64,000 nt of DNA. Origin: an uncultured Gammaproteobacteria bacterium (GTDB taxonomy: Bacteria > Pseudomonadota > Gammaproteobacteria > DATFLG01). Each line of letters starts with the position of its first letter. The first letter of the stretch is position 1. The notes under the pieces were generated by a model that did no database searches, was not told the origin of the DNA, and saw nothing but the letters and a program-made list of their open reading frames with translations. Location of the stretch: NCBI GenBank assembly GCA_964571225.1, contig CAZNBB010000002.1, positions 7,421-71,420 of the forward strand, given 5' to 3'. Positions 1-10,330 of this stretch are shown piece by piece. A program made the translations under genes and the position numbers.

Positions 1-1211
1 AGGCGGGTGGTCTGGGTGCGCATTTCCAGACCGGGCTCCTTGACCTGCAGTTCCATGCGCAGACACTCGCTGGGCTGCAGATTCAGCAGCAGCCAGTTGG
101 GCTTGAGCTGCTCGATGGGCGTCTCCCGGAACAGCTGCTGGGGCGGATGCTTGAAACGGATGCTGACCAGGGAATTGTTGGCGGCCATGCGCTTGCCCGT
201 GCGCAGGTAGAACGGCACATAGCGCCAACGCCAGTTGTCGATATACAGCTTGACCGCGGCATAGGTCTCGGTGGTACTGCCCTGGGCCACTCCGGATTCT
301 TCCTGATAGCCGTGTACCTTCTCGCCGCGCACGGCGCCCCGCACGTACTGGGCCCGGAACGCGTGAGCATGGACTGCGCTGTGGGGAATGGGACGTATGG
401 AGCGCAGCACTTTGACCTTCTCATCGCGCAGGGACTCGGCGTCCAGGTTCGCCGGCGGCTCCATGGCCACCAGGGTCAGCATCTGCAGCAGATGGCTCTG
501 GATCATGTCCCGCAGGGCGCCGGCTTCGTCGTAATACCCGGCGCGGCCGTCGATACCCAGCGACTCGGAGTGGGTTATCTGTACGTGGTCGATGTAGTTG
601 CGGTTCCACAGCGGCTCGAGCATCAGATTCGCGAAGCGAAACACCAGGATGTTCTGGACAGTGCCCTTGCCCAGGTAATGGTCGATGCGGAACAACTGCT
701 CCTCCGTGAAATCCCTGTGCAGGCGCTCGTTGAGTATTTCCGCGCTTTCCAGGTCGTAGCCGAACGGCTTTTCCACCACCAGTCGGCGCCATCCGTTGGA
801 CTGCTCGTTGAGGCCGGCCACCGCCAGCTGATGGCTGACCACACTGAAATCGGCGGGACGGATCGCCATGTAGAAGACCAGGTTGCCGGGCAGGTCAGGC
901 CGGTCTTCCAGATACTGGCGCAGCCGCGGGTATACCCCTTCGTCGCCGAGATTGCCCGAAAAGAACCGCAGTCTGGCGGAAAAGCGCTCGAACACCGCCT
1001 CGTTCACACCACGACGCACCCGATCCTGAAGCCACTCGCGCACCGCCTGGCGCCAGGCGGCATCGTCCCACTGGCGGCGGCCAAACCCCACGATGGCCAT
1101 GTCCGCCGGCAGCCGACCGGCTTCCTCCAACCGGTAAAGCGCCGGCATCAGCTTGTTGCACGACAGATTGCCCGTCGCCCCGAAAATCACAAACGTGCAC
1201 GGCTCGAGCAT
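1..1211 (-). CDS. zwf: Glucose-6-phosphate 1-dehydrogenase, 5' part; the C-terminus runs off the window start
   Basis: The minus-strand translation from the ATG at 1211 reads [26 protein letters not shown]...[12 protein letters not shown]. This is the canonical G6PD N-terminus with the EKPFG active-site motif. It is not in the ORF track because there is no stop inside the window. Confidence 0.85.
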   Translation of the reverse strand, partial: MLEPCTFVIFGATGNLSCNKLMPALYRLEEAGRLPADMAIVGFGRRQWDDAAWRQAVREWLQDRVRRGVNEAVFERFSARLRFFSGNLGDEGVYPRLRQYLEDRPDLPGNLVFYMAIRPADFSVVSHQLAVAGLNEQSNGWRRLVVEKPFGYDLESAEILNERLHRDFTEEQLFRIDHYLGKGTVQNILVFRFANLMLEPLWNRNYIDHVQITHSESLGIDGRAGYYDEAGALRDMIQSHLLQMLTLVAMEPPANLDAESLRDEKVKVLRSIRPIPHSAVHAHAFRAQYVRGAVRGEKVHGYQEESGVAQGSTTETYAAVKLYIDNWRWRYVPFYLRTGKRMAANNSLVSIRFKHPPQQLFRETPIEQLKPNWLLLNLQPSECLRMELQVKEPGLEMRTQTTR

Positions 1212-1271
1212 GTGCTCACTCTCCGCGATTTGGATGACTGATAGATCGGACCGTCAAGATCGGGTGAACGA

Positions 1272-2183
1272 TCACTCCGGCCGAACAATGGCATGGCCAC
1301 CGAACGCGTTGCGCATGGTGGCGAGCAGGCGATTAGCGTAGCCTTCCTGGTCCTGACTTGCGAAGCGCATGGCCAGGGCCAGGGTCATCACCGGCGTGGC
1401 AACACCCTGATCGATTGCCTCCACGGCCGTCCAGCGCCCTTCGCCGGAATCGGCCACCACCGGCGCCACGTCGGTCAGTTCCTGGTCGTCCCGCAACGCG
1501 TCGGCCGTCAGGTCCAGCAGCCAGCTGCGCACCACCGAACCATGGCGCCAAAGCTCCGAAACCTGGGCCAGATCCAGCTCGAACTCGGATTTGCCCCGCA
1601 ACAGCGCAAGCCCTTCGGCCAGGGCTTGCATCATTCCGTACTCGATGCCGTTGTGCACCATCTTGGTGAAATGGCCCGCACCCACCGGACCGACGTGGGC
1701 CCAGCCGCGATCCGGCGCCGGCGCCAGCGCCTTCAGCGCCGGCTCCAGAAGCTCTAGTGCCTGTCGATCCCCACCGGCCATCACGCAGTAGCCTTCGGCG
1801 AGCCCCCAGATGCCGCCGGACACCCCGGCGTCGACGAACTGGATATCGCGTTTGGCCAGCAATGCGCCGCGCCGCTGGCTGTCGTGGTAGTTCGCATTGC
1901 CTCCGTCCACCACGATGTCGCCCGCAGAGAGCAGTTCCGACAAGGTTTCCACATGCTGTTCCGTCACCGCGCCCGCCGGTAGCATCAGCCACAGGATACG
2001 CGGCGCTTTCAGTTGTTCCACGGCGTCGGCCAGGGACTGGGCGGCGATCAATCCTTCTTCGGCTGCCAACGTACCAACAATGTCGGCACTGCGGTTATAA
2101 CCCACCACTTCGATTCCGCTGCGGCACAGACGCCGCGCCATATTGGCGCCCATGCGGCCCAACCCCACCATTGCCATTCGCAT
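1272..2183 (-). CDS. gnd: 6-phosphogluconate dehydrogenase (decarboxylating), short-form Gnd-like NAD(P)-binding enzyme
   Basis: MRMAMVGLGRMGANMARRL Rossmann N-terminus and a 6PGDH-like body (GHFTKMVHNGIEYGMMQ). Start chosen at the conserved N-terminus rather than the longer ORF start at 2354. It lies adjacent to zwf. Confidence 0.8.
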   Translation of the reverse strand: MRMAMVGLGRMGANMARRLCRSGIEVVGYNRSADIVGTLAAEEGLIAAQSLADAVEQLKAPRILWLMLPAGAVTEQHVETLSELLSAGDIVVDGGNANYHDSQRRGALLAKRDIQFVDAGVSGGIWGLAEGYCVMAGGDRQALELLEPALKALAPAPDRGWAHVGPVGAGHFTKMVHNGIEYGMMQALAEGLALLRGKSEFELDLAQVSELWRHGSVVRSWLLDLTADALRDDQELTDVAPVVADSGEGRWTAVEAIDQGVATPVMTLALAMRFASQDQEGYANRLLATMRNAFGGHAIVRPE

Positions 2184-2405
2184 TGCGTGTCTCCCTAGTG
2201 TGGTGCTGCGGATTTGATAAAGCGCTGCGGAGAAGCAAACCTCCTGTTGCGACAGAGCATGCCACCGTCCCGCGCACGCTGGGGGAAGTATAGACACCAA
2301 GCATCGCGCGAGGCCAACCACGGCGCCTTGACGTGCCATGGCACGTTGCCGCACCCTTTTGCGTCTGACCTTCCCACGAAGCCCTCGAGAAACGGCAGAT
2401 TCCGG

Positions 2406-3872
2406 ATGAATGTATTATTCGCCACCAGCGAAGCGCACCCGCTTGTGAAGACCGGCGGCCTGGCTGACGTTTGCGGAAGTCTGCCCCACGCCCTGGGCGA
2501 AATGGGGCAGGATGTACGCCTGGTGCTGCCGGCGTATCCGCAGGCTCGCGAGCGGGCCTGGGACGTACGCACCGTCGCCACCTTGACGCTGCCCTATGTG
2601 CCGGAGCCGGTCACCGTGCTGGAAGGACGATTGCCCGATTCGTCCGTGCCCGTGTATCTGGTGGACTACCCGCTCTACTTCGAGCGCCCCGGCAATCCGT
2701 ACGTCACTCCGGACGGGGTGGACTGGCCCGACAATGCGCAGCGCTTTGCCTGCTTTGCGCGCGCAGCGGTGGCAATCGCGCTGGATCGCGCGGGCCTGGA
2801 CTGGCGCGCCGATGTTGTCCACTGCCACGATTGGCAAAGCGGTCTGGTACCGGCGCTGCTGAGCGAGGAACACCGCCGTCCTGCAACGGTATTCACCATC
2901 CACAACCTCTCGTACCAGGGATTGTTCGACTGGGCCACCTTCCAGTCCCTCAACCTGCCATACAAATGGTGGGTCATGGACGGCCTGGAGTTCTTTTCCC
3001 ACATGTCCTTCATCAAAGGTGGACTGGTGTTTTCCGACTGGCTGACCACCGTCAGCCCCACCTACGCCCGGGAAATCGCTACGCCTGAATTCGGTTGCGG
3101 TCTACAGGGCCTGCTGAGCCATCGGGCGGACCGTCTGGAAGGCATACTGAACGGCGTGGACTACGACGTCTGGGACCCGGCCCACGATGCGCTGATCGCC
3201 CGGCCCTACGATGCCGGCTCCCTGGAAGGCAAAGCCGCCAACAAGACCGAGTTGCAGAAGCGCTTCGATCTGCCCGTCAACGCAAACACGCCTCTGCTGG
3301 CCCATGTGGGACGGCTGGTCGAGCAGAAGGGCATCGATCTGCTGCTTGGTATCCTGCCGGAGCTGGCCCGGCGCGACATGCAGCTCGTACTGCTGGGCAG
3401 CGGGCAGAAGGCGCTGGAGGATGCGGTGCGCTCGGCCCGCAAAGAGTATCCTCAGCGCATCGGCGTCATGATCGGCTACGACGAATCGCTGGCTCACCTG
3501 GTAGAGGCGGGTGCCGATGGTTTTCTCATGCCCTCACGTTTCGAGCCGTGCGGACTGAACCAGATCTACAGCCTGCGCTACGGCACTGCACCGATCGTCC
3601 GGCGCACCGGGGGGCTGGCCGACACCGTGGTCGACGCCGACGCTTTCAATCTGCAGGAAGGGCTGGCCACCGGTTTCGTGTTCGACGATGCGACACCGCA
3701 AGCCCTGCTGGCCGCTATCGACCGCGCCCTGATCCTGCATGGCAACGCCGATGCGTGGCGACGGCTGATCACCGCCGGTATGGCTCAGGATTTCAGCTGG
3801 ACGCGAAGTGCCGAACGCTACCTGGACCTGTATCGCCGGGCGCTGGAATCCGCCGCGGTCACGTCCGCTTAG
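2406..3872 (+). CDS. glgA: Glycogen synthase (ADP-glucose transglucosylase)
   Basis: MNVLFATSEAHPLVKTGGLADV... (KTGGL motif), 489 aa from the internal ATG at 2406. The ORF-track start at 2214 is an upstream extension. Confidence 0.9.
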   Translation: MNVLFATSEAHPLVKTGGLADVCGSLPHALGEMGQDVRLVLPAYPQARERAWDVRTVATLTLPYVPEPVTVLEGRLPDSSVPVYLVDYPLYFERPGNPYVTPDGVDWPDNAQRFACFARAAVAIALDRAGLDWRADVVHCHDWQSGLVPALLSEEHRRPATVFTIHNLSYQGLFDWATFQSLNLPYKWWVMDGLEFFSHMSFIKGGLVFSDWLTTVSPTYAREIATPEFGCGLQGLLSHRADRLEGILNGVDYDVWDPAHDALIARPYDAGSLEGKAANKTELQKRFDLPVNANTPLLAHVGRLVEQKGIDLLLGILPELARRDMQLVLLGSGQKALEDAVRSARKEYPQRIGVMIGYDESLAHLVEAGADGFLMPSRFEPCGLNQIYSLRYGTAPIVRRTGGLADTVVDADAFNLQEGLATGFVFDDATPQALLAAIDRALILHGNADAWRRLITAGMAQDFSWTRSAERYLDLYRRALESAAVTSA

Positions 3873-4021
3873 CCGGGAATTCACGCTCCTTCATGGCAGC
3901 ATCGGTGCCTGCCATCCATTTCCCGCCAGGCGCGCGACCGACGACCGGCGCTGCCACCGAAATTCGAGGCCCAACCGGGCTTTGATATCAGCCCCCTAGG
4001 CAAGCGGGCACCCGGACGGGT

Positions 4022-4027
4022 TATAAT
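4022..4027 (+). promoter_or_regulatory. Candidate sigma70 -10 element (TTATAAT) about 48 nt upstream of the ppc start
   Basis: Near-consensus TATAAT in a GC-rich background, with a weak -35-like TAGGCA 19 nt upstream. By eye only. Confidence 0.25.
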
Positions 4028-4074
4028 TGTGGTCCCTTGGCCCTGTATGCCGCGTCTCCATCGTGGCTTTTTTT

Positions 4075-6930
4075 ATGTCTATGTCACCGAAGCGCAAAGA
4101 AAACCTGGGAGTCGAGCCGCCGCCGCGGGATAAGGAACTGCGGGCCAGGGTGCGATTGTTCGGCAACCTGCTCGGGAATGTGTTGCGGGACCAGGCCGGC
4201 GGCAAGGTCCTCGCGGCCGTCGAAGCACTGCGCAAGGGGTATATCCGGCTGCGCCAGGAGGAAAGCCCCCGCCTGCGCCTGCGGTTGGCCACCATGATCG
4301 AACGTCTCGAACCCGATGTTCTTACCCATGTGGTGCGGGCTTTCAACGTCTACTTCAGCTTGGTGAACATCGCCGAGGAAGCTTTCCAGCATCGTCAGCG
4401 CCGACGTGCCATCCGCTCCGGCGGTCCCCTGTGGCGAGGCTCCTTCGACGACACACTGCGGGAGTTCAACACCGAGGACATGAATCGCGAGCAGCTGCAG
4501 AGTCTGCTCGACCAGACCTGCTACGTGCCGGTCTTCACGGCCCACCCCACAGAATCCAAACGCCGCACCATTATGGAGGCACTGCGGCGCATTTTCGTGA
4601 CCAGCGAGCAGTTGTACGACGCGCGTCTCAACAAGGAAGAGCGCGAACAGGTCATCGACGATCTGCGCACGCAGATCCAGATTCTCTGGAAGACCGACGA
4701 AGTCCGCATCCACCGCCCGCGGGTGCGGGACGAAATCCGCAACGGCCTGTTCTATTTTCGCGAAAGTCTGTTTACCGCCGTGCCGGCCACCTATCGCAAC
4801 CTGGAAAAAGCGATGGCGCGCATTTACGGCGCCGGCCCAGACGGAGCCTCGGCCATCAAGGTGCCCAGCATGCTGCGCTTCGGCTCCTGGATCGGAGGCG
4901 ATCGCGACGGCAACCCGAACGTCAAACCGGAAACCACAGTGCTCGCACTGCGCCTGCAGATGCGCGAAGCGCTGTGCGAATACCTGCGTCGCACCGAGGC
5001 GCTGGGTCATCTGCTGACCCACTCGATCTTGCTGTGCCAGCCATCCGACGCCCTGCTGGCCAGCATCCAGGCCGACGAGGAACGTTTCCCGAAGGCCTTC
5101 GGAGACCATCCGCGACGCTTCAGCCACGAGCCCTATCGACGCAAGCTCTACGTCATGCGCTACCGGCTGCGCCAGAACCTGCGCGAAGTGATCCGGCTGC
5201 TGGACGAGCAGGACAATCCTGCCCAGGGCAGCACCGACCACCGTTACCGATCGGAAGCGGAACTGCTGGAAGAGCTCTACCTGATCCGCGACTCGCTGCG
5301 CCAGCATGGCGACGAAAAGGTCGCCGACCGGGAGCTGAAAGACCTGATCCGGCTGGTGGAGACCTTCGGCTTCTATCTCATGCAACTGGATATCCGCCAG
5401 GAATCCACCCGCCATACCGAGGCGGTTGCCGAGTTGCTTTCTCGTTTTCCCGGCGCACTGGACTATCAGGCCATGGACGAAGACGAGCGCGTGCGGGCGC
5501 TTGCCGACGCGATTGCAGCCCAGGAGACCCCGGACCTGGATCGCAGTTCGCTGGACACTCGCACCCGCGAGACCCTGGAAGTCTTCGATGTCATGCGGCG
5601 CATGCGCGAGGATGTCAGCCCGCGCGCATTCGGCACCTACGTCATATCCATGACCCACAGCGCAAGTCACGTGCTGGAAGTGATGTTCCTGGCACGTCTC
5701 GCCGGACTGGTGGGAAAGACCGCCGACGGCTGGTCGTGCCAGATCCAGGTCAGCCCGTTGTTCGAGACCATTGAGGACCTCGCCCATGTCGAGCAGGTAC
5801 TGACGCGGCTGCTCGACACCCCCGTGTACCGGGCCCTGCTGGCCGCATCGGGCAACTTGCAGGAAGTCATGCTCGGCTATTCGGATTCGTGCAAGGACGG
5901 CGGCATTCTGGCCTCGGCCTGGAACCTGTACGAGGCCCAGAAGAAGATCATCAAGATCACCGAGGAGCGCGGCATTGACTGCCGCCTGTTCCACGGCCGC
6001 GGCGGCACCATCGGGCGAGGCGGCGGACCGACCCACGAGTCCATCCTCGCGCAGCCCCCCGGGACGGTGCACGGTCAGATCAAGTTCACCGAGCAGGGCG
6101 AAGTGCTGTCGTACAAGTACAGCAATGCGGAAACGGCCATCTATGAGCTGACCATGGGCCTGACCGGGCTGCTCAAGGCCAGTCGCAGCATCGTGCAGCC
6201 GGCGGGACCGGACCGTAAGGACTACCTGGGCATCATGGACGAGCTTGCGCGGCTGGGCGAAGAGGCCTATCGCGACCTCACCGACCGCACCGAGGGCTTC
6301 CTGGATTACTTCTACGAAGTGGCGCCGGTCAACGAAATCGCGCTGCTGAACATCGGCTCGCGGCCTTCCCATCGGGCTCGCGCCGACCGTTCGAAATCCT
6401 CCATCCGGGCCATACCCTGGGTGTTCGGCTGGGCCCAATCACGCCACACGCTGCCGGCCTGGTACGGGCTGGGCTACGCCCTCGAAACCTGGCGCGGCAA
6501 CAGTCCCGAACGGCTGGCGAAGCTGCAGACCATGTACCGGGAATGGCCGTTCTTCCGCGCTCTGCTAAGCAACACGCAGATGTCGCTTTTCAAGGCCGAG
6601 ATGAACACCGCGTGGGAATACGCCAGCACCCTGGCCAAGGACGCCGAGTCCGCCGGACAGATATACCGACGGATCCGAGACGAATATCAGCGCACGCTGA
6701 CCCAGGTATTGAACGTAGCCCACACGCAGGTGCTGCTGGAGGAAAATCCGGCCCTGTTTCTGTCGCTGTCACGGCGCAATCCCTACCTGGACCCGCTCAA
6801 CCACATTCAACTGGTACTGCTCAAGCGTTACCGGGATACGGTGGTACCGGAGGAGCAGCGCGAACACTGGCGCGATCCCTTGCTGCGCTCGATCAACGCC
6901 ATCGCCGGCGGGCAGCGCAATACCGGCTGA
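4075..6930 (+). CDS. ppc: Phosphoenolpyruvate carboxylase
   Basis: 951 aa. VPVFTAHPTE motif, FHGRGGTIGRGGGP active-site loop, and C-terminal ...GQRNTG. Start at MSMSPKRKEN. Confidence 0.93.
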   Translation: MSMSPKRKENLGVEPPPRDKELRARVRLFGNLLGNVLRDQAGGKVLAAVEALRKGYIRLRQEESPRLRLRLATMIERLEPDVLTHVVRAFNVYFSLVNIAEEAFQHRQRRRAIRSGGPLWRGSFDDTLREFNTEDMNREQLQSLLDQTCYVPVFTAHPTESKRRTIMEALRRIFVTSEQLYDARLNKEEREQVIDDLRTQIQILWKTDEVRIHRPRVRDEIRNGLFYFRESLFTAVPATYRNLEKAMARIYGAGPDGASAIKVPSMLRFGSWIGGDRDGNPNVKPETTVLALRLQMREALCEYLRRTEALGHLLTHSILLCQPSDALLASIQADEERFPKAFGDHPRRFSHEPYRRKLYVMRYRLRQNLREVIRLLDEQDNPAQGSTDHRYRSEAELLEELYLIRDSLRQHGDEKVADRELKDLIRLVETFGFYLMQLDIRQESTRHTEAVAELLSRFPGALDYQAMDEDERVRALADAIAAQETPDLDRSSLDTRTRETLEVFDVMRRMREDVSPRAFGTYVISMTHSASHVLEVMFLARLAGLVGKTADGWSCQIQVSPLFETIEDLAHVEQVLTRLLDTPVYRALLAASGNLQEVMLGYSDSCKDGGILASAWNLYEAQKKIIKITEERGIDCRLFHGRGGTIGRGGGPTHESILAQPPGTVHGQIKFTEQGEVLSYKYSNAETAIYELTMGLTGLLKASRSIVQPAGPDRKDYLGIMDELARLGEEAYRDLTDRTEGFLDYFYEVAPVNEIALLNIGSRPSHRARADRSKSSIRAIPWVFGWAQSRHTLPAWYGLGYALETWRGNSPERLAKLQTMYREWPFFRALLSNTQMSLFKAEMNTAWEYASTLAKDAESAGQIYRRIRDEYQRTLTQVLNVAHTQVLLEENPALFLSLSRRNPYLDPLNHIQLVLLKRYRDTVVPEEQREHWRDPLLRSINAIAGGQRNTG

Positions 6931-6962
6931 CACGCCGGTCAAGCGGATCGCAGGGGGACAGG

Positions 6963-7343
6963 TCAGGCGACCTGAACGGGGATGGCGTTACGGCAATGGC
7001 TGATGCGGTTGGCGGCGTCGAGGTACACCAAGGTTGGCTTGAAGGCCGCCGCTTCCTGCTGACTGAGCACAGCGTAGGTGCAGATAATGACCCGGTCGCC
7101 GGGGCTGGCCTTGTGGGCGGCGGCACCATTGACGGAAATCACGCCCGAACCTTCCTCGGCACGAATGGCGTAGGTCACGAACCGCTCGCCGTTATCCACG
7201 TTGTAGATATGGATCTGCTCGTACTCGCGGATGCCGGCGGCCTCGAGCAAGGCGGAGTCTATAGCGCAGGACCCCTCGTATTCGAGCTCGGCATGGGTCA
7301 CGCGGGCATGGTGCAGCTTGGCTTTGAGCAAGGTGAGTTGCAT
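6963..7343 (-). CDS. panD: Aspartate 1-decarboxylase
   Basis: 126 aa. [30 protein letters not shown]... (the GS-C pro-enzyme cleavage motif). Confidence 0.92.
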   Translation of the reverse strand: MQLTLLKAKLHHARVTHAELEYEGSCAIDSALLEAAGIREYEQIHIYNVDNGERFVTYAIRAEEGSGVISVNGAAAHKASPGDRVIICTYAVLSQQEAAAFKPTLVYLDAANRISHCRNAIPVQVA

Positions 7344-7431
7344 GGTGAAACAGCTCCAGCTCTCATCGACCGGAACGTCCTATTATCAGCGATCCCCCCA
7401 GAGCACGCAATGCGCACGCCGGCGGCTCTCC

Positions 7432-8286
7432 CTAACTGACTGATACCGCGACATTGTCGATCAGGCGGGTCCGACCCAGCCGGGCCGCCCCCAGGACCAC
7501 GAGCCCTTCACCGGCATCGCCGGCCGGCTGAGACAGATCGGCGGCACGGCGCACGCTGACATAGTCCGGCGCGAACCCGCCTCCCGCCAGGGAGGTCATG
7601 GCGTCGGCTTCAAGGGCGCTGTAGTCCCGGCCCCCGGCCTGCAGGCGGCTCGCCACCTGCGCCAGAACACGGTGCAGAAGCGGTGCGCGCTGCCGTTCTT
7701 CGGCGGTGAGATAGCGGTTGCGCGAGCTCAACGCCAGACCGTCGGGCTCTCGGACGGTGGGCACACCCACCACCTCCACCGGCCAGCACAGGTCCGCCAC
7801 CATGCGGCGCACCACCAGCAGTTGCTGGAAATCCTTTTCGCCGAAGACCGCCACATCCGGCTGGACCATGTTGAACAGCTTTCCCACCACGGTGGCCACG
7901 CCGGCAAAGTGGCCGGGGCGCGCAGCCCCTTCCAGCCCGGAGCCCAGCTCAGGCACCTCGATGCGAGTGACCGCCGACGCTCCGCCCGGGTACATCACTT
8001 CGACGGCGGGCAGAAACAACAGGTCGGTCCCCGCGCCCCGCAGGGCCCGTTCGTCGTCCCCGGGGGTGCGGGGATAGGCGGCATAGTCCTCACCCGGCCC
8101 GAACTGGAGCGGATTGACGAATACGCTGGCAACCACCCGCTCGCACAGCGCCCTGGCACGCGCCACCAGGGCCAGATGGCCGTCATGCAGGTTGCCCATG
8201 GTGGGCACAAATCCAACCCGCACATTCTCCTCGCGCCACTGCCCGATAAGCCGGCGCAGGGCATCCAGTTGCGTGACTGTCTCCAT
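7432..8286 (-). CDS. panC: Pantoate--beta-alanine ligase
   Basis: METVTQLDALRRL...VGFVPTMGNLHDGHLALV (HxGH motif). The 420-aa track ORF carries an implausible Arg/Gly-rich N-terminal extension, so the start was set at the conserved ATG at 8286. Confidence 0.9.
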   Translation of the reverse strand: METVTQLDALRRLIGQWREENVRVGFVPTMGNLHDGHLALVARARALCERVVASVFVNPLQFGPGEDYAAYPRTPGDDERALRGAGTDLLFLPAVEVMYPGGASAVTRIEVPELGSGLEGAARPGHFAGVATVVGKLFNMVQPDVAVFGEKDFQQLLVVRRMVADLCWPVEVVGVPTVREPDGLALSSRNRYLTAEERQRAPLLHRVLAQVASRLQAGGRDYSALEADAMTSLAGGGFAPDYVSVRRAADLSQPAGDAGEGLVVLGAARLGRTRLIDNVAVSVS

Positions 8287-8300
8287 ACCGGGGGAATCGA

Positions 8301-9113
8301 TCAGTAGCTGTGCTCGGGGCCCGGGAAGGCACCGGATTTGACCGCCTGGACATAGCTCTGCAGCGCTGCGGAAACGCTGTCGTGCCCGACCAGGAAGTCC
8401 TTGACGAAGCGCGGACGTCTGCCGGGCGTGACGCCCAGCATGTCGTAGAGCACCAGCACCTGACCGTCGCAGGCGGCACCGGCCCCGATACCGATCACGG
8501 GAATGGAAAGCCGGTCCGTGATCTGCGCGGCCAGTTCCGCCGGCACACATTCCAGAACCAGCAACCCCGCGCCGGCCCGCTCCAGAGCCAGGGCGTCGGC
8601 GACGATGGTCTGTGCCGTGTCGGCGTCCCGCCCCTGCACCCGGTAGCCACCCAGCTTGTGGACGGACTGGGGCAGCAATCCCAGATGCCCGCACACCGGT
8701 ATGCCGCGCGTGGTCAACGCCTGCACAACGTCCGCAACCACCGCTCCGCCTTCCAGCTTGACCATATGGGCCCCGCCCTCGGCCATCAAGCGGGCCGCAT
8801 TGTCGAGGGCCTTGTCGGGCCCGGCGTAGGTCATGAACGGCATGTCCACGACCCGCAGGGCACGGCCGGCGCCGCGGGCCACGCAGGCGCCGTGGTAAAT
8901 CATATCCGCCAGAGTGACGGGCAGCGTGGAATCGCGCCCCTGCACCACATTGCCCAGCGAATCGCCCACCAGCAGCACATCCACCCCGGCCGTCTGCGCC
9001 TGGCCGGCGAAACTGGCGTCGTAGGCGGTCAGACAGGCGATCTTCTCGCCCGCCTGCTTCATGCGGGCAAGCTCGGCGAGGGTCACGGGTTGTCGCGAGT
9101 TATCGGTCGTCAT
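8301..9113 (-). CDS. panB: 3-methyl-2-oxobutanoate hydroxymethyltransferase
   Basis: 270 aa. MTTDN...LTAYDASFA...[14 protein letters not shown]: a typical PanB. Confidence 0.92.
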   Translation of the reverse strand: MTTDNSRQPVTLAELARMKQAGEKIACLTAYDASFAGQAQTAGVDVLLVGDSLGNVVQGRDSTLPVTLADMIYHGACVARGAGRALRVVDMPFMTYAGPDKALDNAARLMAEGGAHMVKLEGGAVVADVVQALTTRGIPVCGHLGLLPQSVHKLGGYRVQGRDADTAQTIVADALALERAGAGLLVLECVPAELAAQITDRLSIPVIGIGAGAACDGQVLVLYDMLGVTPGRRPRFVKDFLVGHDSVSAALQSYVQAVKSGAFPGPEHSY

Positions 9114-9191
9114 GGTCAGCGTATTCCGCCCGGGGAGCCGGCGGCCGGCCCATCCACGCAGGCACGGCCGGTGTGCGGCGAATGTGTCAGT

Positions 9192-9842
9192 TTACAGGGA
9201 AACCGGGGCGGGATTGAAATAGTGCCGCCCGCTGCGCACCGAGCGGATGCGATCGAGCAGCATGCCGTAGTCGGCATCGCCGGCCACCAGGTTGATCTCC
9301 GCCGCGTTGACAATCAGCAGGGGAGCATCGCTGTAATGGTGGAAAAAGGTGGTATAGGCGTCCGACAAACGCTCCAGATACGCGATTTCGATGCGCTGTT
9401 CGTGGGCGATGCCGCGCCTGGCGATGCGCCGGCGCAGCACTTCCACCGGTGCCTGCAGGTAAATCACCAGATCCGGTACCGGGGCGTCCACCGTGAGGCT
9501 GGCGTAGACCTGCTCGTAGAGCTTGTACTCCTGATCGTCCAGCGTCAGCCGCGCAAACAGCCTGTCCTTCTCCATCAGAAAGTCGGACACCCGCACCGGC
9601 CGGAACAGATCATGCTGGCGCAGCTCCTGCATTTGACGGGCGCGCTGGAACAGAAAGAACAGCTGGGTCGGCAGGGCACCTTCGCGGGGGTTCTGGTAGA
9701 AACGCTCGAGGAACGGATTCTCTTCGGCCCCTTCCAACAGCAACTCGCTGCCGAAGCTCTTGGCAAGGCGCCTGGCGAGGCTGGTCTTGCCTACCCCGAT
9801 CGGTCCTTCCACCACGATGTAATCGGGATCGCTCTGCGTCAT
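9192..9842 (-). CDS. Deoxynucleoside kinase (dAK/dGK/dCK family)
   Basis: MTQSDPDYIVVEGPIGVGKTSLARRLA (P-loop), ...ERF, DRLFARL and RRRI lid motifs typical of the dNK family. The start overlaps the folK stop (ATGA). Confidence 0.75.
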   Translation of the reverse strand: MTQSDPDYIVVEGPIGVGKTSLARRLAKSFGSELLLEGAEENPFLERFYQNPREGALPTQLFFLFQRARQMQELRQHDLFRPVRVSDFLMEKDRLFARLTLDDQEYKLYEQVYASLTVDAPVPDLVIYLQAPVEVLRRRIARRGIAHEQRIEIAYLERLSDAYTTFFHHYSDAPLLIVNAAEINLVAGDADYGMLLDRIRSVRSGRHYFNPAPVSL

Positions 9843-10330
9843 GCCCCTTCCACCTTTTCCAGACCCGCACGGGGACATGCCTGCAACAGGTCGTCCAGCG
9901 ATCCGCGCCCCGGAATCCGCAGGTGCGGTGCAATCTCCGCCAATGGGTAGAGCACGAATGCCCTCTCATGCATCCCCGGATGGGGCACGGTAAGACCGTC
10001 CTCGCCCAGTTCCAGATCTCCATACAGCAGCAGATCAAGATCCAGCGTACGGGGTCCCCAATGCCGGCCGCGCACACGCTTGTGGGCGGCTTCGATGGCC
10101 TGCAGATGCTTGAGCAGGGTCAGCGGCGGCAGAGTCGTGTCCAGCGCCGCCACCGCATTGATATAGTCGGGCTGGTCCGGCGGACCCATGGGCGGACTGC
10201 GGTACAGCGCCGATACCGGGCCCAAGCGGGTATTGGGCAGCGCATCCAGCGCCTGAAGTGCACGGCGCACCTGCGCCGCCGGATCCTGCAGATTGCTGCC
10301 CAGCCCGATATAAGCCCTGCTCAGGCTCAA
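9839..10330 (-). CDS. folK: 2-amino-4-hydroxy-6-hydroxymethyldihydropteridine pyrophosphokinase (HPPK)
   Basis: Conserved core from ...LSRAYIGLGSNL to DLDLLLYGD and HPGMHERAFVLYPL. There is no ATG, so the proposed start is the TTG at 10330, overlapping the pcnB stop codon (TTGA). This gives 163 aa. The track ORF up to 10738 is an overlap with pcnB. Confidence 0.75.
   Translation of the reverse strand: MSLSRAYIGLGSNLQDPAAQVRRALQALDALPNTRLGPVSALYRSPPMGPPDQPDYINAVAALDTTLPPLTLLKHLQAIEAAHKRVRGRHWGPRTLDLDLLLYGDLELGEDGLTVPHPGMHERAFVLYPLAEIAPHLRIPGRGSLDDLLQACPRAGLEKVEGA

Noticed and set aside
4084-6438. 784-aa ORF antisense to ppc. Similar very long antisense ORFs occur at 12055..13473 -, 26393..28294 -, 46894..49476 +, 58400..60367 +, 147..1241 + and 16779..17882 -.
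   Set aside because: These lie opposite well-supported conserved genes (ppc, arnT, valS, leuA plus the TbpB-like gene, MutS2-like, zwf, arnA). They are Arg/Gly/Ala/Pro-rich with no motifs, which is the typical stop-codon-poor antisense artefact of about 65% GC DNA.
7432-8694. 420-aa panC ORF with a 135-aa Arg/Gly-rich N-terminal extension overlapping panB.
   Set aside because: PanC homology starts at METVTQLDALRR (8286). The extension is compositionally aberrant and overlaps the well-supported panB coding region.
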